The position numbers and the translations under genes were made by a program. A stretch of DNA of 64,000 nt, from the NCBI GenBank assembly GCA_965243395.1, contig CBDEUS010000002.1:480001-544000 (forward strand), read 5' to 3'. Under the pieces are notes generated by a model. That model saw nothing but the letters and a program-made list of their open reading frames with translations. It searched no databases and had not been told where the DNA came from. The DNA comes from Gammaproteobacteria bacterium. GTDB taxonomy: Bacteria > Pseudomonadota > Gammaproteobacteria > UBA4575. Below are positions 11,048-20,559 of the stretch, in pieces (positions within the stretch are counted from its first letter, which is position 1; every line of letters starts with the position of its first letter).

Positions 11048-11704
11048 CTACTTAAAACTTAGCTTGGTTTTTCGAGTATAGAACGCTTCGGAAAAACCTG
11101 AAGAAGCATTACATTCAATGCTACGTAGCCTCATTAATGCTTTAAAATTTTCGGGTTTAAACCAATGTTTGTCATGTTGAGATACAAAGTAGCGTTGGAG
11201 GCTGTCTACTTTTTTCTTAGCATTTTCAGTAGAAATTTCCATGAAGGTATTCGGTTGCCCGAGGTCACCATCGAATTTGGGGATCTCATATTCCAGAATT
11301 AAATGATCTCGAAATGTATTCCATGTCAGGTCCGAAATAACTCGATGATCTTGATGAAGATCATTGCGATAATGAGTGAAAACTATATCGGGTTTAAAAT
11401 TATACTTAAGTGTTTCAAATGCATCTTTAATTTCTGTGCCGATATAAGGAAAGTAACTATTGCGAAATTTATGTATTTCGATATTGACCTTGGCCCAGTT
11501 TGCACTTAGTTCAGACAGAGCCATTCGGGTTTCTTTTTCACGCGTTTCATTGGATGAGAATATAGAACAGTATAGTTCTGCTTGCTCAAGAGAATTACCG
11601 AGTTCTAATAAGGTGCCACCACAACCAATTTCAATATCATCGCAGTGTGCACCTAGGCACAAAATTCTTGGTCGAACTACATCAGACAGACCAAGTTCAA
11701 TCAT
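11048..11704 (-). CDS. PIG-L/LmbE family deacetylase
   Basis: AHCDDIEIGCGG and DLHQDH motifs; start placed at MIELG (11704), overlapping the rfbF stop. Confidence 0.85.
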   Translation of the reverse strand: MIELGLSDVVRPRILCLGAHCDDIEIGCGGTLLELGNSLEQAELYCSIFSSNETREKETRMALSELSANWAKVNIEIHKFRNSYFPYIGTEIKDAFETLKYNFKPDIVFTHYRNDLHQDHRVISDLTWNTFRDHLILEYEIPKFDGDLGQPNTFMEISTENAKKKVDSLQRYFVSQHDKHWFKPENFKALMRLRSIECNASSGFSEAFYTRKTKLSFK

Positions 11705-12509
11705 GATCAAACTCTTTATTTTCGTGCTTACGATTATTCCAAGGTCGCTCTCCACGGCCTTCCATACGATCAAAAGTTATTTTATCTTTAAAAGTGTCCA
11801 TTGCTTTCCAGAAACCATCGTATTTGTATGTCCAAAGTAACTTTTTCTCTGCAAGACGACTGAATGGCTGCTCTACTAGTTCTTCATTTGATTCAATGTA
11901 GTCAAAAATATCATTGCGAAAAAGGAAATACCCACCATTTATCCAGTAATCTGAATCTTGACTTGATTGTAGTTGCTCAACATACCCTTTCTCATCCATT
12001 TCTACATGATGTAGAGTCAGGTGCGGCTTGACACTAACAAAGTTAGCCACAGTGTTTTTGCTTTGAGCATTGTTAATAAACTCATAAAGCGGTAAATCAC
12101 TAAGTTGGTCGCTATAGTTGGCAAGAAAGTATTTTTCACCTTTAATATGTTCTCGGACAGCAGCCAATCGTTGTGCAAGATTGGAATGCAAACCAGTATC
12201 TACGAATGATATTCGCCAGTCATGAATGTCACTAATGGCTGGTTGCAATGTTTTACCCCCTTCCATCATAACGAAATCGTTTGTTATATATGTATTGTAA
12301 GTTAGAAAAAATTTTCGAATCAGGTCACCGCGGTAACCTAAACAAAGAATAAAGTCTTTGTGGCCATAGGATGCATAATATTGCATTAAATGCCAAAGTA
12401 TTGGCCGGTTTCCTATTTCTACTAATGGTTTAGGTATGACATCCGAGTGTTCGCGAAGACGAGTTCCGAGCCCGCCGCAAAATAAAACAACTTTCATATT
12501 AGTCCCCAA
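11697..12509 (-). CDS. rfbF: glucose-1-phosphate cytidylyltransferase
   Basis: KVVLFCGGLGTRLRE, PKPLVEIG.RPILWH, WINGGYF, FWKAMDTFKD. Confidence 0.85.
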   Translation of the reverse strand: MGTNMKVVLFCGGLGTRLREHSDVIPKPLVEIGNRPILWHLMQYYASYGHKDFILCLGYRGDLIRKFFLTYNTYITNDFVMMEGGKTLQPAISDIHDWRISFVDTGLHSNLAQRLAAVREHIKGEKYFLANYSDQLSDLPLYEFINNAQSKNTVANFVSVKPHLTLHHVEMDEKGYVEQLQSSQDSDYWINGGYFLFRNDIFDYIESNEELVEQPFSRLAEKKLLWTYKYDGFWKAMDTFKDKITFDRMEGRGERPWNNRKHENKEFDHD

Positions 12510-12928
12510 ATATTTAGTGTTAATTGAATTTCATAACTAGAATCAAAATCAAAATCAGAATCGATTAATTTTAATTTAAGTGATTATGAATCTATATTTT
12601 CCTAACTTGCTAGAGCCAAAAATATACGTCACGTACTATGTGGAATATAATTGCAAACAATAATTAAATTCAGCAAGCTAATATAACTAGTGGATAAAGT
12701 ATCATTTTTACAATTGTAATTTTGTGGAAATATATGCATTTTAGTTACAAACAATTAGTATTCTCTAAGAATTAATCTTGTTTAATTCAAGACATAATTC
12801 CAATAAATAAAGCATGGTTATTTTTATCTAAAATTCATGTTCCCATTGTGTGCCTAAGTTAAGGTTATATATCAGTCAATGCGCTGAAAATAATTAAAAA
12901 AACCTTAAATTGTTGAAAGAAATTAAAG

Positions 12929-13627
12929 ATGAAATTGCTGTTGATTGAAGATGATGATCGAATAATTGAGTTTATTCAGCCGGGGCTACAAGCTGAAGGC
13001 TATATTGTCGATGTTATAAAGGATGGGCAAACCGCAAAAGACTTTATGCCTTATCATGACTATGGCGCAATCATATTGGATCTTTTATTGCCGGGAGTTG
13101 ATGGCAGGGCTCTCTGCAGTCATATCAGAAGTACAGGTATAAGAATTCCGATATTAATGCTGACTGCATTAGACACTGTGGATGACCGTGTTTTAGGTTT
13201 AAAAATTGGTGCAGATGACTATCTAGCTAAACCCTTTGCATTCGAAGAATTACTGGCTCGAATTAAGGCTTTGATACGACGTAGCTGTGACTATCAAAAT
13301 CAATCACCAAGAGTTCTTAGATTTGCAGATCTTGTTCTTGATGAAGAAACTTATGAAGTCACGCGTAATGGTAAAAAAATAGATCTAACACCAAAGGAAT
13401 TTACTCTTCTTGCTTATTTGATGCTCCATGCAGAAAAAGTAGTTAGTAAAACAAAGATACTTGATAATGTTTGGGGGTATGACAGCGACCCATTTACGAA
13501 TGTCGTGGAAGTTTATATAAGACATTTGAGAAATAAAATTGATAGGTCTAATAAAGTTCCACTAATTCATACAGTACGCGGGTTTGGCTATAAACTTCAC
13601 GATTCCACGGTCAATAAAAGCAATTAA
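12929..13627 (+). CDS. OmpR/PhoB-family response regulator
   Basis: receiver motifs (IED, LDLLLP, GADDYLAKPF) and winged helix (NVVEVYIRHLR.K, TVRGFGY). Confidence 0.95.
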   Translation: MKLLLIEDDDRIIEFIQPGLQAEGYIVDVIKDGQTAKDFMPYHDYGAIILDLLLPGVDGRALCSHIRSTGIRIPILMLTALDTVDDRVLGLKIGADDYLAKPFAFEELLARIKALIRRSCDYQNQSPRVLRFADLVLDEETYEVTRNGKKIDLTPKEFTLLAYLMLHAEKVVSKTKILDNVWGYDSDPFTNVVEVYIRHLRNKIDRSNKVPLIHTVRGFGYKLHDSTVNKSN

Positions 13628-13629
13628 GA

Positions 13630-14613
13630 TTGAATATGTTTTTTGCTATTTTGCTAAAAAATATGGTTTATAAAAAAACCATATTGATTAAATCATACCT
13701 GGCACTATTACTCCTTTTATTTTTTCAACAACCACTACATGCAGAAAATACTAACAACGATGTAGTTAGTAATGATATACGAAATGAAGTTTTAATACTT
13801 GGGCGTGTTTCACAAGGTCCACGTCGACATTATCGGGCTTTTGATAGCCTTGGAAAATATCTTGTCAAACACATGGAAGATGTTGGAATAAAAAGTTTCG
13901 AAATTAACTTTCCTCGAAACAAAGATGAAATGATTAAAGAATTGCAACAAGGCAGAATCGATTTTCTTTGTGATACTCCATTTTCAGCACTATTCTTTGA
14001 AAGAGAAGCAGATGCGAAAATCATATTACGACAGTGGAAGAATGGAGCTTCGTCGTATCGAACACATTTTATTACACATAAGGATAGCCAAATTAAAAAT
14101 CTTAGTGATCTTGCGGGGCACAAAATTGCATTCGAAGACCCTGGTTCTACATCAGCCTTTTTTGTGCCGATGCTTTCGCTTAAAAATAATGGTTTAGATG
14201 TGCAGCAGCTAGGGAGTTCAAGTTATAACCCAAAGCTGAATACCGTAAGCTACACTTTCAACTTTTCAGAGGAAAATATTCTTTACTCAATTTTGCGCGG
14301 AAAGAATGATGCTGGAGCCATAAGTAATTTGGACTGGATTGATCCAACACAAGCACCTGAAGGTTTAAAGCGAGACTTGAGAGTATTTCATACGACTCCA
14401 AACATTATACGTTCATTGTTTCTTGCCCGATCAGGCATTTCACCCGATATCGAAAAGCGAATTATATTTCTCTTAACAAACATGCATGAAAGTGAAGAAG
14501 GAAAAGAGGTGCTGAAAAATTTTTTTAAAGTAGCCCGATTCGATCGACTTGTTGATGATGCGGCAGAAGATCTTGAGTATGCGCGCGAACTGTTTGCCGG
14601 ATTTGATTACTAA
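13630..14613 (+). CDS. PhnD-like phosphate/phosphonate-binding periplasmic protein
   Basis: signal peptide, DL.G.KIAF.DPGSTSAFFVP motif of PhnD-type binding proteins; no ABC permease nearby. Confidence 0.75.
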   Translation: MNMFFAILLKNMVYKKTILIKSYLALLLLLFFQQPLHAENTNNDVVSNDIRNEVLILGRVSQGPRRHYRAFDSLGKYLVKHMEDVGIKSFEINFPRNKDEMIKELQQGRIDFLCDTPFSALFFEREADAKIILRQWKNGASSYRTHFITHKDSQIKNLSDLAGHKIAFEDPGSTSAFFVPMLSLKNNGLDVQQLGSSSYNPKLNTVSYTFNFSEENILYSILRGKNDAGAISNLDWIDPTQAPEGLKRDLRVFHTTPNIIRSLFLARSGISPDIEKRIIFLLTNMHESEEGKEVLKNFFKVARFDRLVDDAAEDLEYARELFAGFDY

Positions 14614-14624
14614 AACCTAATAAT

Positions 14625-16244
14625 ATGAAACTGCGTCAACAATATGTATTAATACTTGGATCAGTATCGGTACTGATCATATTGACAATATCTGCAGCGA
14701 TGGCCTTACGACATAAGCATATGGAGTCACTGTTACTGCAATCAAGTTTTAATGCGATGTCTGAATCTCTTTATATCGAAAATGAAAACGCAGCGCGAGC
14801 GCTAACAATGACACTCACAGACAGTCTTGTTGAGCCAATAGCGGTGGATGACTTCGAAGGTATTGCAAATGTTGCCAAGTCTGCTCGTAAGCTTCCACGT
14901 GTATCTAAACTAATAGTATTTGATGCTCAAGGATTATTAGTTCATGACGGTACAGATCAAGTCAGTGAATTTGGCACACTAATTCCATCGGAAATTTTGG
15001 ATGTAGTTACTTCTAATTTTCATACTGTATCCGAAAGAAAAAATGACTTCTTAAAAGTTTGTGCTCCAGTCCATATTGATAACAGAGTGTTGGGAGGTAT
15101 TTATCTAGAATTTAAACTTGATTATGTAGATTCACATATTCAGGATTTAAAATCTGAACTTGAATATATTATCAAAAGTAATGATTTACGTGATTTTTTA
15201 CTGACAACACTATTAGCAATTATGGTGTGTATTTTGGCAGTATTAGGCGGCTTTTTTATCTCAAGACATCTGTCACAACCAATTCTTACATTAGCAGAGC
15301 TAACACGGCGAATTGGTCAAGGAGAATATGGAATTAAAACCAAAGTAACGAGTCGTCAGGATGAATTAGGCGAGCTAGCACAATCAATTCATTGGATGTC
15401 AAATGAATTAAGTAATCATACCTATACTAAAGCTCAGTTAGAGAATCTAATTAAAGTGCGTACGGCCGAGCTTGAGGATGCAAATCAAAAACTTTTACAA
15501 ATAGACGAAACTCGTCGAGAGTTTTTAACCGATTTAGGACATGAATTGAGGACGCCGTTAACTGCGATACGAGGCATTTCCGAGGTGAGGCTTCGATCTA
15601 GCGAATATCTAAATAACAATGACAGCTCTGCGCTTAAGCGTATCGTGGAGTTATGTGGACAACTTGGTTCTTTAGTGGATGACTTATTATTTATAGCGCG
15701 CTCTGAAACAGGAAAACCTGTACTAGATACTACTACACTTTCATTATGCGCTCTTTTATCTAATGTAAAAGAACAAATGGCAGAGATCGCTAAGCAAAAT
15801 CAAATTAAACTCATATTTACATGTGATCATGACAGTTTAATTGAGGGGGATCCACGAAGATTGAAACAACTGTTTAGTATACTTATCGACAATGCAATAA
15901 AGTATTCAAAACCAAGCGGGATAGTAAAAATTGAAATTACTACCAGAACTGGCATCCCTCAGAATTTTGCTGACGTACGAATAAGTGATACTGGGATAGG
16001 TATGACTAAAGATGAGAAAGACCAGAGTACGATCCGCTTTTTTCGTGGCAAGCGCGCTCAAGAGAAACATGATAAAGGGATGGGGCTGGGGCTTTCTATA
16101 GCAAGAGCTATCATGAGCGCACATGGGATTAATTTTAATTTGAGCAGTGAAATTAATAAGGGAACAACCGCTCTAGTCACATTTAATCTAGATGTAGACA
16201 GCTTCGAAGAAAATCAAGATACTAGTCAAATAGCGGGAATGTAA
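14625..16244 (+). CDS. HAMP sensor histidine kinase
   Basis: two TMs, HAMP (DELGELA), H-box HELRTPLT, N-box DNAIKYS, DTGIG, GLGLSIA. Confidence 0.95.
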   Translation: MKLRQQYVLILGSVSVLIILTISAAMALRHKHMESLLLQSSFNAMSESLYIENENAARALTMTLTDSLVEPIAVDDFEGIANVAKSARKLPRVSKLIVFDAQGLLVHDGTDQVSEFGTLIPSEILDVVTSNFHTVSERKNDFLKVCAPVHIDNRVLGGIYLEFKLDYVDSHIQDLKSELEYIIKSNDLRDFLLTTLLAIMVCILAVLGGFFISRHLSQPILTLAELTRRIGQGEYGIKTKVTSRQDELGELAQSIHWMSNELSNHTYTKAQLENLIKVRTAELEDANQKLLQIDETRREFLTDLGHELRTPLTAIRGISEVRLRSSEYLNNNDSSALKRIVELCGQLGSLVDDLLFIARSETGKPVLDTTTLSLCALLSNVKEQMAEIAKQNQIKLIFTCDHDSLIEGDPRRLKQLFSILIDNAIKYSKPSGIVKIEITTRTGIPQNFADVRISDTGIGMTKDEKDQSTIRFFRGKRAQEKHDKGMGLGLSIARAIMSAHGINFNLSSEINKGTTALVTFNLDVDSFEENQDTSQIAGM

Positions 16245-16422
16245 GTCAGTTTTAAATTACATCTTTTCTATATTTCTGGTAATTCTGACTTTTTCATTGA
16301 ATATTTATTCAATTTTAACTCAAATTTAATGCTTAATTTAGCATGTACTTATATGTTATATAAGCGCTTTATAATTAATAATTGATATCATTACATCGAC
16401 AATATTTAAAAAGATTTAAATT

Positions 16423-16911
16423 GTGAAATTAAATATTATTGAAAAACGCAATTTGCAGGATTCATATTATCCAGCTAAAAATAATTATGATGATAAACCT
16501 GCAGATAAATTTTACAAATTAGATGATTCATTATTGAACGATTTTCAAGATGAAGATGTTGCAGTTATCTCACAAAAGTTTCTTAAAAAGATTGACTATT
16601 ACGAAAGTGCAAAAAAAAGTATAAATGAAACATTAAAAAGTAAAAAACTGAGTTTGAGGGAATGGAGAGTTCTGAATGAAGTTGTTATTTCAAAAACCTC
16701 AGGCCCTAAAATTATACGTTCTCATACAAATTATACTTATCCACAAATTTCAAATATATTAAACATGCTGGAATCAAAAGGGTTAATTAACCGAAATTAT
16801 TTTGTTCCTAAGGATCGAAGAACAGTTCAGATATCAATTACAGCTTCTGGAAAAGAAGCTTGGAAGCTTGGTATTCAAAATATAATTGATTTTGAACAAA
16901 ATGATGTTTAG
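16423..16911 (+). CDS. MarR-family regulator
   Basis: LSLREWRVL...LESKGLINR....DRR...ITASG winged-helix pattern. Confidence 0.75.
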   Translation: MKLNIIEKRNLQDSYYPAKNNYDDKPADKFYKLDDSLLNDFQDEDVAVISQKFLKKIDYYESAKKSINETLKSKKLSLREWRVLNEVVISKTSGPKIIRSHTNYTYPQISNILNMLESKGLINRNYFVPKDRRTVQISITASGKEAWKLGIQNIIDFEQNDV

Positions 16912-16926
16912 AAATTCGTAATATTC

Positions 16927-18363
16927 TTAATTTTTCTTTATACCAAGTTTGATAATTCTTGAGTTTAAAGTCGACGCATTCATCCCTAAAAGTTCTGATG
17001 CACTGCCTTTTCCAGATATTTTCCAGTTAGCTTTGTTTAATGCGGTTCTGATATTTTCTCGCTCAAGATGTTTAATTTCATCCGCTTTTAGTAAGGCATG
17101 TCTTGTAAGTGAAACTGACTGCTCTAAGTTTTCACCCTTATCGTGGTCTCTTAGTAAATCTGGACTAATATGCAATGATGTGCCCTTGCTTAATATAACA
17201 GCTCGTTCAATTACATTTTGTAGCTCTCGAATATTTCCTGGCCAGTCATAATCTTTCAGCTCATCTACGGTCTGTTCATTTAGACCATAACACTGTTTAT
17301 TAAATCGATTACAAGATTCATCTAGAAAGTGTCGAGTCAAAATTGCAATATCATTTAATCTCTCTCTAAGGGGAGGCACTTCAATTGGAAACACATTAAG
17401 CCGGTAAAATAAATCTTCTCTGAAGTTTCCTTCTTTTACCATCTGTTCTAAATTACGATTGGTCGCTGCAATGATTCTTACATCAACATGCCTTGTTTTT
17501 TCATCGCCTACACGCTCGAATTCTTTATGCTGGATCGCACGAAGTAACTTAGGTTGAAGCTCTAGAGGCACCTCACCAATCTCATCTAAGAATAGTGTTC
17601 CTGTATCTGCAAGTTCCCAACGGCCTTTACGATCTTTAAGTGCGCCTGTAAAGGATCCCTTGACGTGACCAAAGAATTCGCTTTCGAATAAATCTTTAGT
17701 AACGGATGAACAGTTTATGGTTACAAAGGGCATATCGGCACGATCACTTTGTTTTACAATTGTGCGTGCAACTACTTCCTTTCCTGATCCAGTTTCACCA
17801 AAGATCATAACCGATGCATCAGTTTGAGAAACTGCTTTCAGCTTTTCAAACAAATGCTGCATAGCAAGAGATTGGCTGATTAAGGGATATTTCTCTTTTA
17901 CAAGATCTAATTCATCCCGTAAGTAATCTCTTTCATCTATGAGTTGGTTTTTAATCCTAATGAGTTGTTTGATGTGATGGTTTGTATTTGGAGGTATAGC
18001 TTCAGCGTCTTCAACATCATATAGCGCCCACGTTATGTTTTTAGGGTTTCCTTCTTTATCGTAAATAACTTCTGCCGATGCAATGGCCTCGAAAATATCT
18101 CCATTTTTCTTTACACATTCTATTACTTGATTGGAGAGTTCACCTTTGTCAATGATTTGTTCCAATAAACCAGACAATAGTGCAGTATTGGTCTCTTCGC
18201 TTAAAAATTCGAATACTTTTTTCCCAATCACTTCGTGCTCTTCAAATCCTAATTTCTCAAGCCATTTCTTACTAACGGCTTGCATGACTCCATCACCATC
18301 AATAGCCTGTAACATCACAGGCGTTTTTTCATAGAAGAATTGATATAAGTTTTTGTCGTTCAT
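16927..18363 (-). CDS. PAS-domain sigma54-dependent enhancer-binding protein
   Basis: PAS N-terminus, GETGSGKE, ESEFFGHVKGSFTGA, FLDEIGE, WPGNIRELQN, Fis-type HTH. Confidence 0.93.
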   Translation of the reverse strand: MNDKNLYQFFYEKTPVMLQAIDGDGVMQAVSKKWLEKLGFEEHEVIGKKVFEFLSEETNTALLSGLLEQIIDKGELSNQVIECVKKNGDIFEAIASAEVIYDKEGNPKNITWALYDVEDAEAIPPNTNHHIKQLIRIKNQLIDERDYLRDELDLVKEKYPLISQSLAMQHLFEKLKAVSQTDASVMIFGETGSGKEVVARTIVKQSDRADMPFVTINCSSVTKDLFESEFFGHVKGSFTGALKDRKGRWELADTGTLFLDEIGEVPLELQPKLLRAIQHKEFERVGDEKTRHVDVRIIAATNRNLEQMVKEGNFREDLFYRLNVFPIEVPPLRERLNDIAILTRHFLDESCNRFNKQCYGLNEQTVDELKDYDWPGNIRELQNVIERAVILSKGTSLHISPDLLRDHDKGENLEQSVSLTRHALLKADEIKHLERENIRTALNKANWKISGKGSASELLGMNASTLNSRIIKLGIKKN

Positions 18364-18435
18364 AGTGACTCATATGTACGATCAATATCGATAATTTAAA
18401 GTCTAACTCTACTCTTGTGTGAGATTCAAAATCCT

Positions 18436-18535
18436 CGAAATTTCGCAAAAATTTCTGAAATTTCAGTATTCATCCTATTTTTCAAATTCTAAGTTATTGA
18501 TTTTATATATGAGAAATCTTGGTACGGTTGATGCA
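18436..18535 (+). promoter_or_regulatory. sigma54 promoter with palindromic activator sites and IHF-like box
   Basis: TGGTACGGTTGATGCA (GG-N10-GC, 18520-18535); CGAAATTTCG (18436) and CTGAAATTTCAG (18455) palindromes; AAGTTATTGATT IHF-like box (18491). Confidence 0.8.
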
Positions 18536-18585
18536 ATTGTCTAGGCACAAATGTTTCAACAACTATTTTCAGGAGAAAAATTGAT

Positions 18586-19080
18586 ATGAAAGCGATACAA
18601 CTAAATAACTTTAATTTCCTTATCCAATTATTGATGGTTATTTCCATTAGTATGTTTTTTTCACAAGTCTATGCACATGAATTAGGCTCAAATAAAAAAC
18701 CAATTGCATTTGGAGCTGATCAAACCATTGTCGATGTAGACAAACTTGTTTATGAACCACTTGAAGTTGAGGGGCTACCAAAAGGTGCTGAAATCGCGCA
18801 CATTCGTGGTGATTTAGGTAAAGCTGGAAGTGAATCTATTTTACGTATTCCACCCGGTTACCATGTACCAAGTCACACGCATACCTCAGAAGAATTGTAT
18901 ATGTGGATTAGTGGAGAATTTACTTTAATTTCTGATCAAGGCGATGAAAAAAATTTTCGTGGTCCTGCTTATATAAGTTTTCCTGGTAATGCACCGCCAC
19001 ATACTTTGATCTGTGGAAAAAAAGAGCCCTGTATCTTTTATCTGGCCTATACAAGACCATTTGACATTATTTACGAGTAA
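18586..19080 (+). CDS. exported cupin-domain protein (DUF4437-like)
   Basis: signal peptide, P.HTHTSEE...ISG and PPH cupin motifs. Confidence 0.7.
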   Translation: MKAIQLNNFNFLIQLLMVISISMFFSQVYAHELGSNKKPIAFGADQTIVDVDKLVYEPLEVEGLPKGAEIAHIRGDLGKAGSESILRIPPGYHVPSHTHTSEELYMWISGEFTLISDQGDEKNFRGPAYISFPGNAPPHTLICGKKEPCIFYLAYTRPFDIIYE

Positions 19081-19116
19081 CAATAATTCTTCCCGCACGC
19101 AGTAATGCGTAGTATT

Positions 19117-19172
19117 AACGGGATGCTATATTTTCCTGCCCATCTCATTTGCATAAGCATCCCGTTCTTTTT
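19117..19172 (+). terminator. stem-loop with T tract after the cupin gene
   Basis: AACGGGATGCT...AGCATCCCGTT followed by CTTTTT; loop unusually long. Confidence 0.5.
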
Positions 19173-19230
19173 AAATAATACAAATTTATTTTCTTAACCA
19201 AGCTTGTTTGTGTATTGGAATATCGTTACA

Positions 19231-19331
19231 CGAAATTTCGGGATTATTTTTTAAATTTCGAAATTTATCTTATGTATAAAAAGCTATCTTATTGATTTGT
19301 ATAGTGAGTTCTTCTTGGCACAGTTGATGCA
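19231..19331 (+). promoter_or_regulatory. second sigma54 promoter with the same architecture
   Basis: TGGCACAGTTGATGCA (19316-19331); CGAAATTTCG (19231) and TAAATTTCGAAATTTA (19252); TTATTGATTT box. Confidence 0.85.
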
Positions 19332-19379
19332 ATTACTTGAGCGTAATTATTTGAAGAACTGTTAGAAGGAGAATACAAA

Positions 19380-20030
19380 ATGTATAAATCAATTAGTTCA
19401 ATTATCTTTGCGTCACTTTTTGTTTTGATCGCAAATAATCTCAATGCGAAAGACATCCCAGGGTATACATATAGTGAATCTAATCTAGAGACAGCACCCT
19501 ATACCTTGAAAGATTTGAAATTGTTAAAAACCACTGTGTTGTTTACTGAAGACGATGCCAAATGGTTACGCAAAAGTCGTAAGGTACTTGAGCCACATGC
19601 AGAAGAAATTTTAGATACATGGTATGGCTTTGTTGGTTCCCATCCTCATCTTATTTACTACTTTTCAAATAAGAAGGGTGAGGCAGATGCTAATTATCTG
19701 GCTCGAGTACGCGCACGGTTTATTCAGTGGGTCTACGATACTGCAGATGCAAATTATGATCAGGATTGGTTGAACTATCAGTATGAGATAGCCAAGCGCC
19801 ATCATCGTATTGGTAAAAACAAGGTAGATGATGTGCAATCAGTAGACCATATCCACTTCCGCTATGTAGTCGCTTTACTATATCCCGTCACGGCAACATT
19901 AAAACCTTTTCTTGAACGTAGTGAATATTCACCAGAGGAAGTAAATGCGATGCATCAAGCTTGGATCAAATCTGTATTGATGCAGACGATTTTATGGAGC
20001 CACCCATACATCAATACAAATGAATTTTAA
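19380..20030 (+). CDS. protoglobin-domain protein with N-terminal signal peptide
   Basis: IPGYTY, LLK.TVLFT.DD, ILDTWYGFVGSHPHL..YF, WLNYQYEI..RHHR..KN.D protoglobin motifs. Confidence 0.85.
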   Translation: MYKSISSIIFASLFVLIANNLNAKDIPGYTYSESNLETAPYTLKDLKLLKTTVLFTEDDAKWLRKSRKVLEPHAEEILDTWYGFVGSHPHLIYYFSNKKGEADANYLARVRARFIQWVYDTADANYDQDWLNYQYEIAKRHHRIGKNKVDDVQSVDHIHFRYVVALLYPVTATLKPFLERSEYSPEEVNAMHQAWIKSVLMQTILWSHPYINTNEF

Positions 20031-20091
20031 CCATTTAAAAGGTAGCCGAAGTAAATTTACTTTGGTTGCCTTTGTTTTTCGGGAGATAGAA

Positions 20092-20382
20092 ATGTCTGCA
20101 TATTGTTTATTTGATAATTTGAAAGTTACAGACCCTGCTGCACTTGAGGTATACAAGAAACATGTGGGGCCAATTGTTGCGAAATTTAGTGGCCGTTATG
20201 TAGTTCTAGGCGGCCAATGTGAAATTGTCGAAGGCGATTGGAAACCAACTTACCCGGTAATGATTGAGTTTCCGAGACTGGAGGATGCTCGTAACTGGTA
20301 TCAATCTGAAGAATATGATGAATTAAAAACAATACGTTTGAATGCTACAAAATCAAACGCTGTGTTTATTGAAGGAATCTAG
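20092..20382 (+). CDS. DUF1330 family protein
   Basis: GRYVVLGG...EGDW.P...IEFP....ARNWYQSEEY; start placed at the ATG after the GGAG RBS. Confidence 0.85.
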   Translation: MSAYCLFDNLKVTDPAALEVYKKHVGPIVAKFSGRYVVLGGQCEIVEGDWKPTYPVMIEFPRLEDARNWYQSEEYDELKTIRLNATKSNAVFIEGI

Positions 20383-20398
20383 AAAGTCGTAAAAACTA

Positions 20399-20449
20399 AT
20401 TGGTGGGCCCGGTAGGACTCGAACCTACGACCAAAGGATTATGAGTCCT
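20399..20449 (-). repeat. att site: duplicated 3' part of the tRNA(CAT) gene
   Basis: 51 bp identical to 63263-63313; diverges after the anticodon stem. Confidence 0.95.
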
Positions 20450-20559
20450 TAATCCTATCTACTTGTATAAATAGTTTAACTACCTTTTAAAAACTATAAT
20501 ACGTTGTAATTAAAGAACATTTTTACAACGAGCGTAGTGCATCTATAGTGCAAAGGTAG

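Noticed and set aside
20399-20449. Second tRNA gene
   Set aside because: Only the 3' portion is present, without the D-arm or 5' acceptor strand; it is the att duplication.
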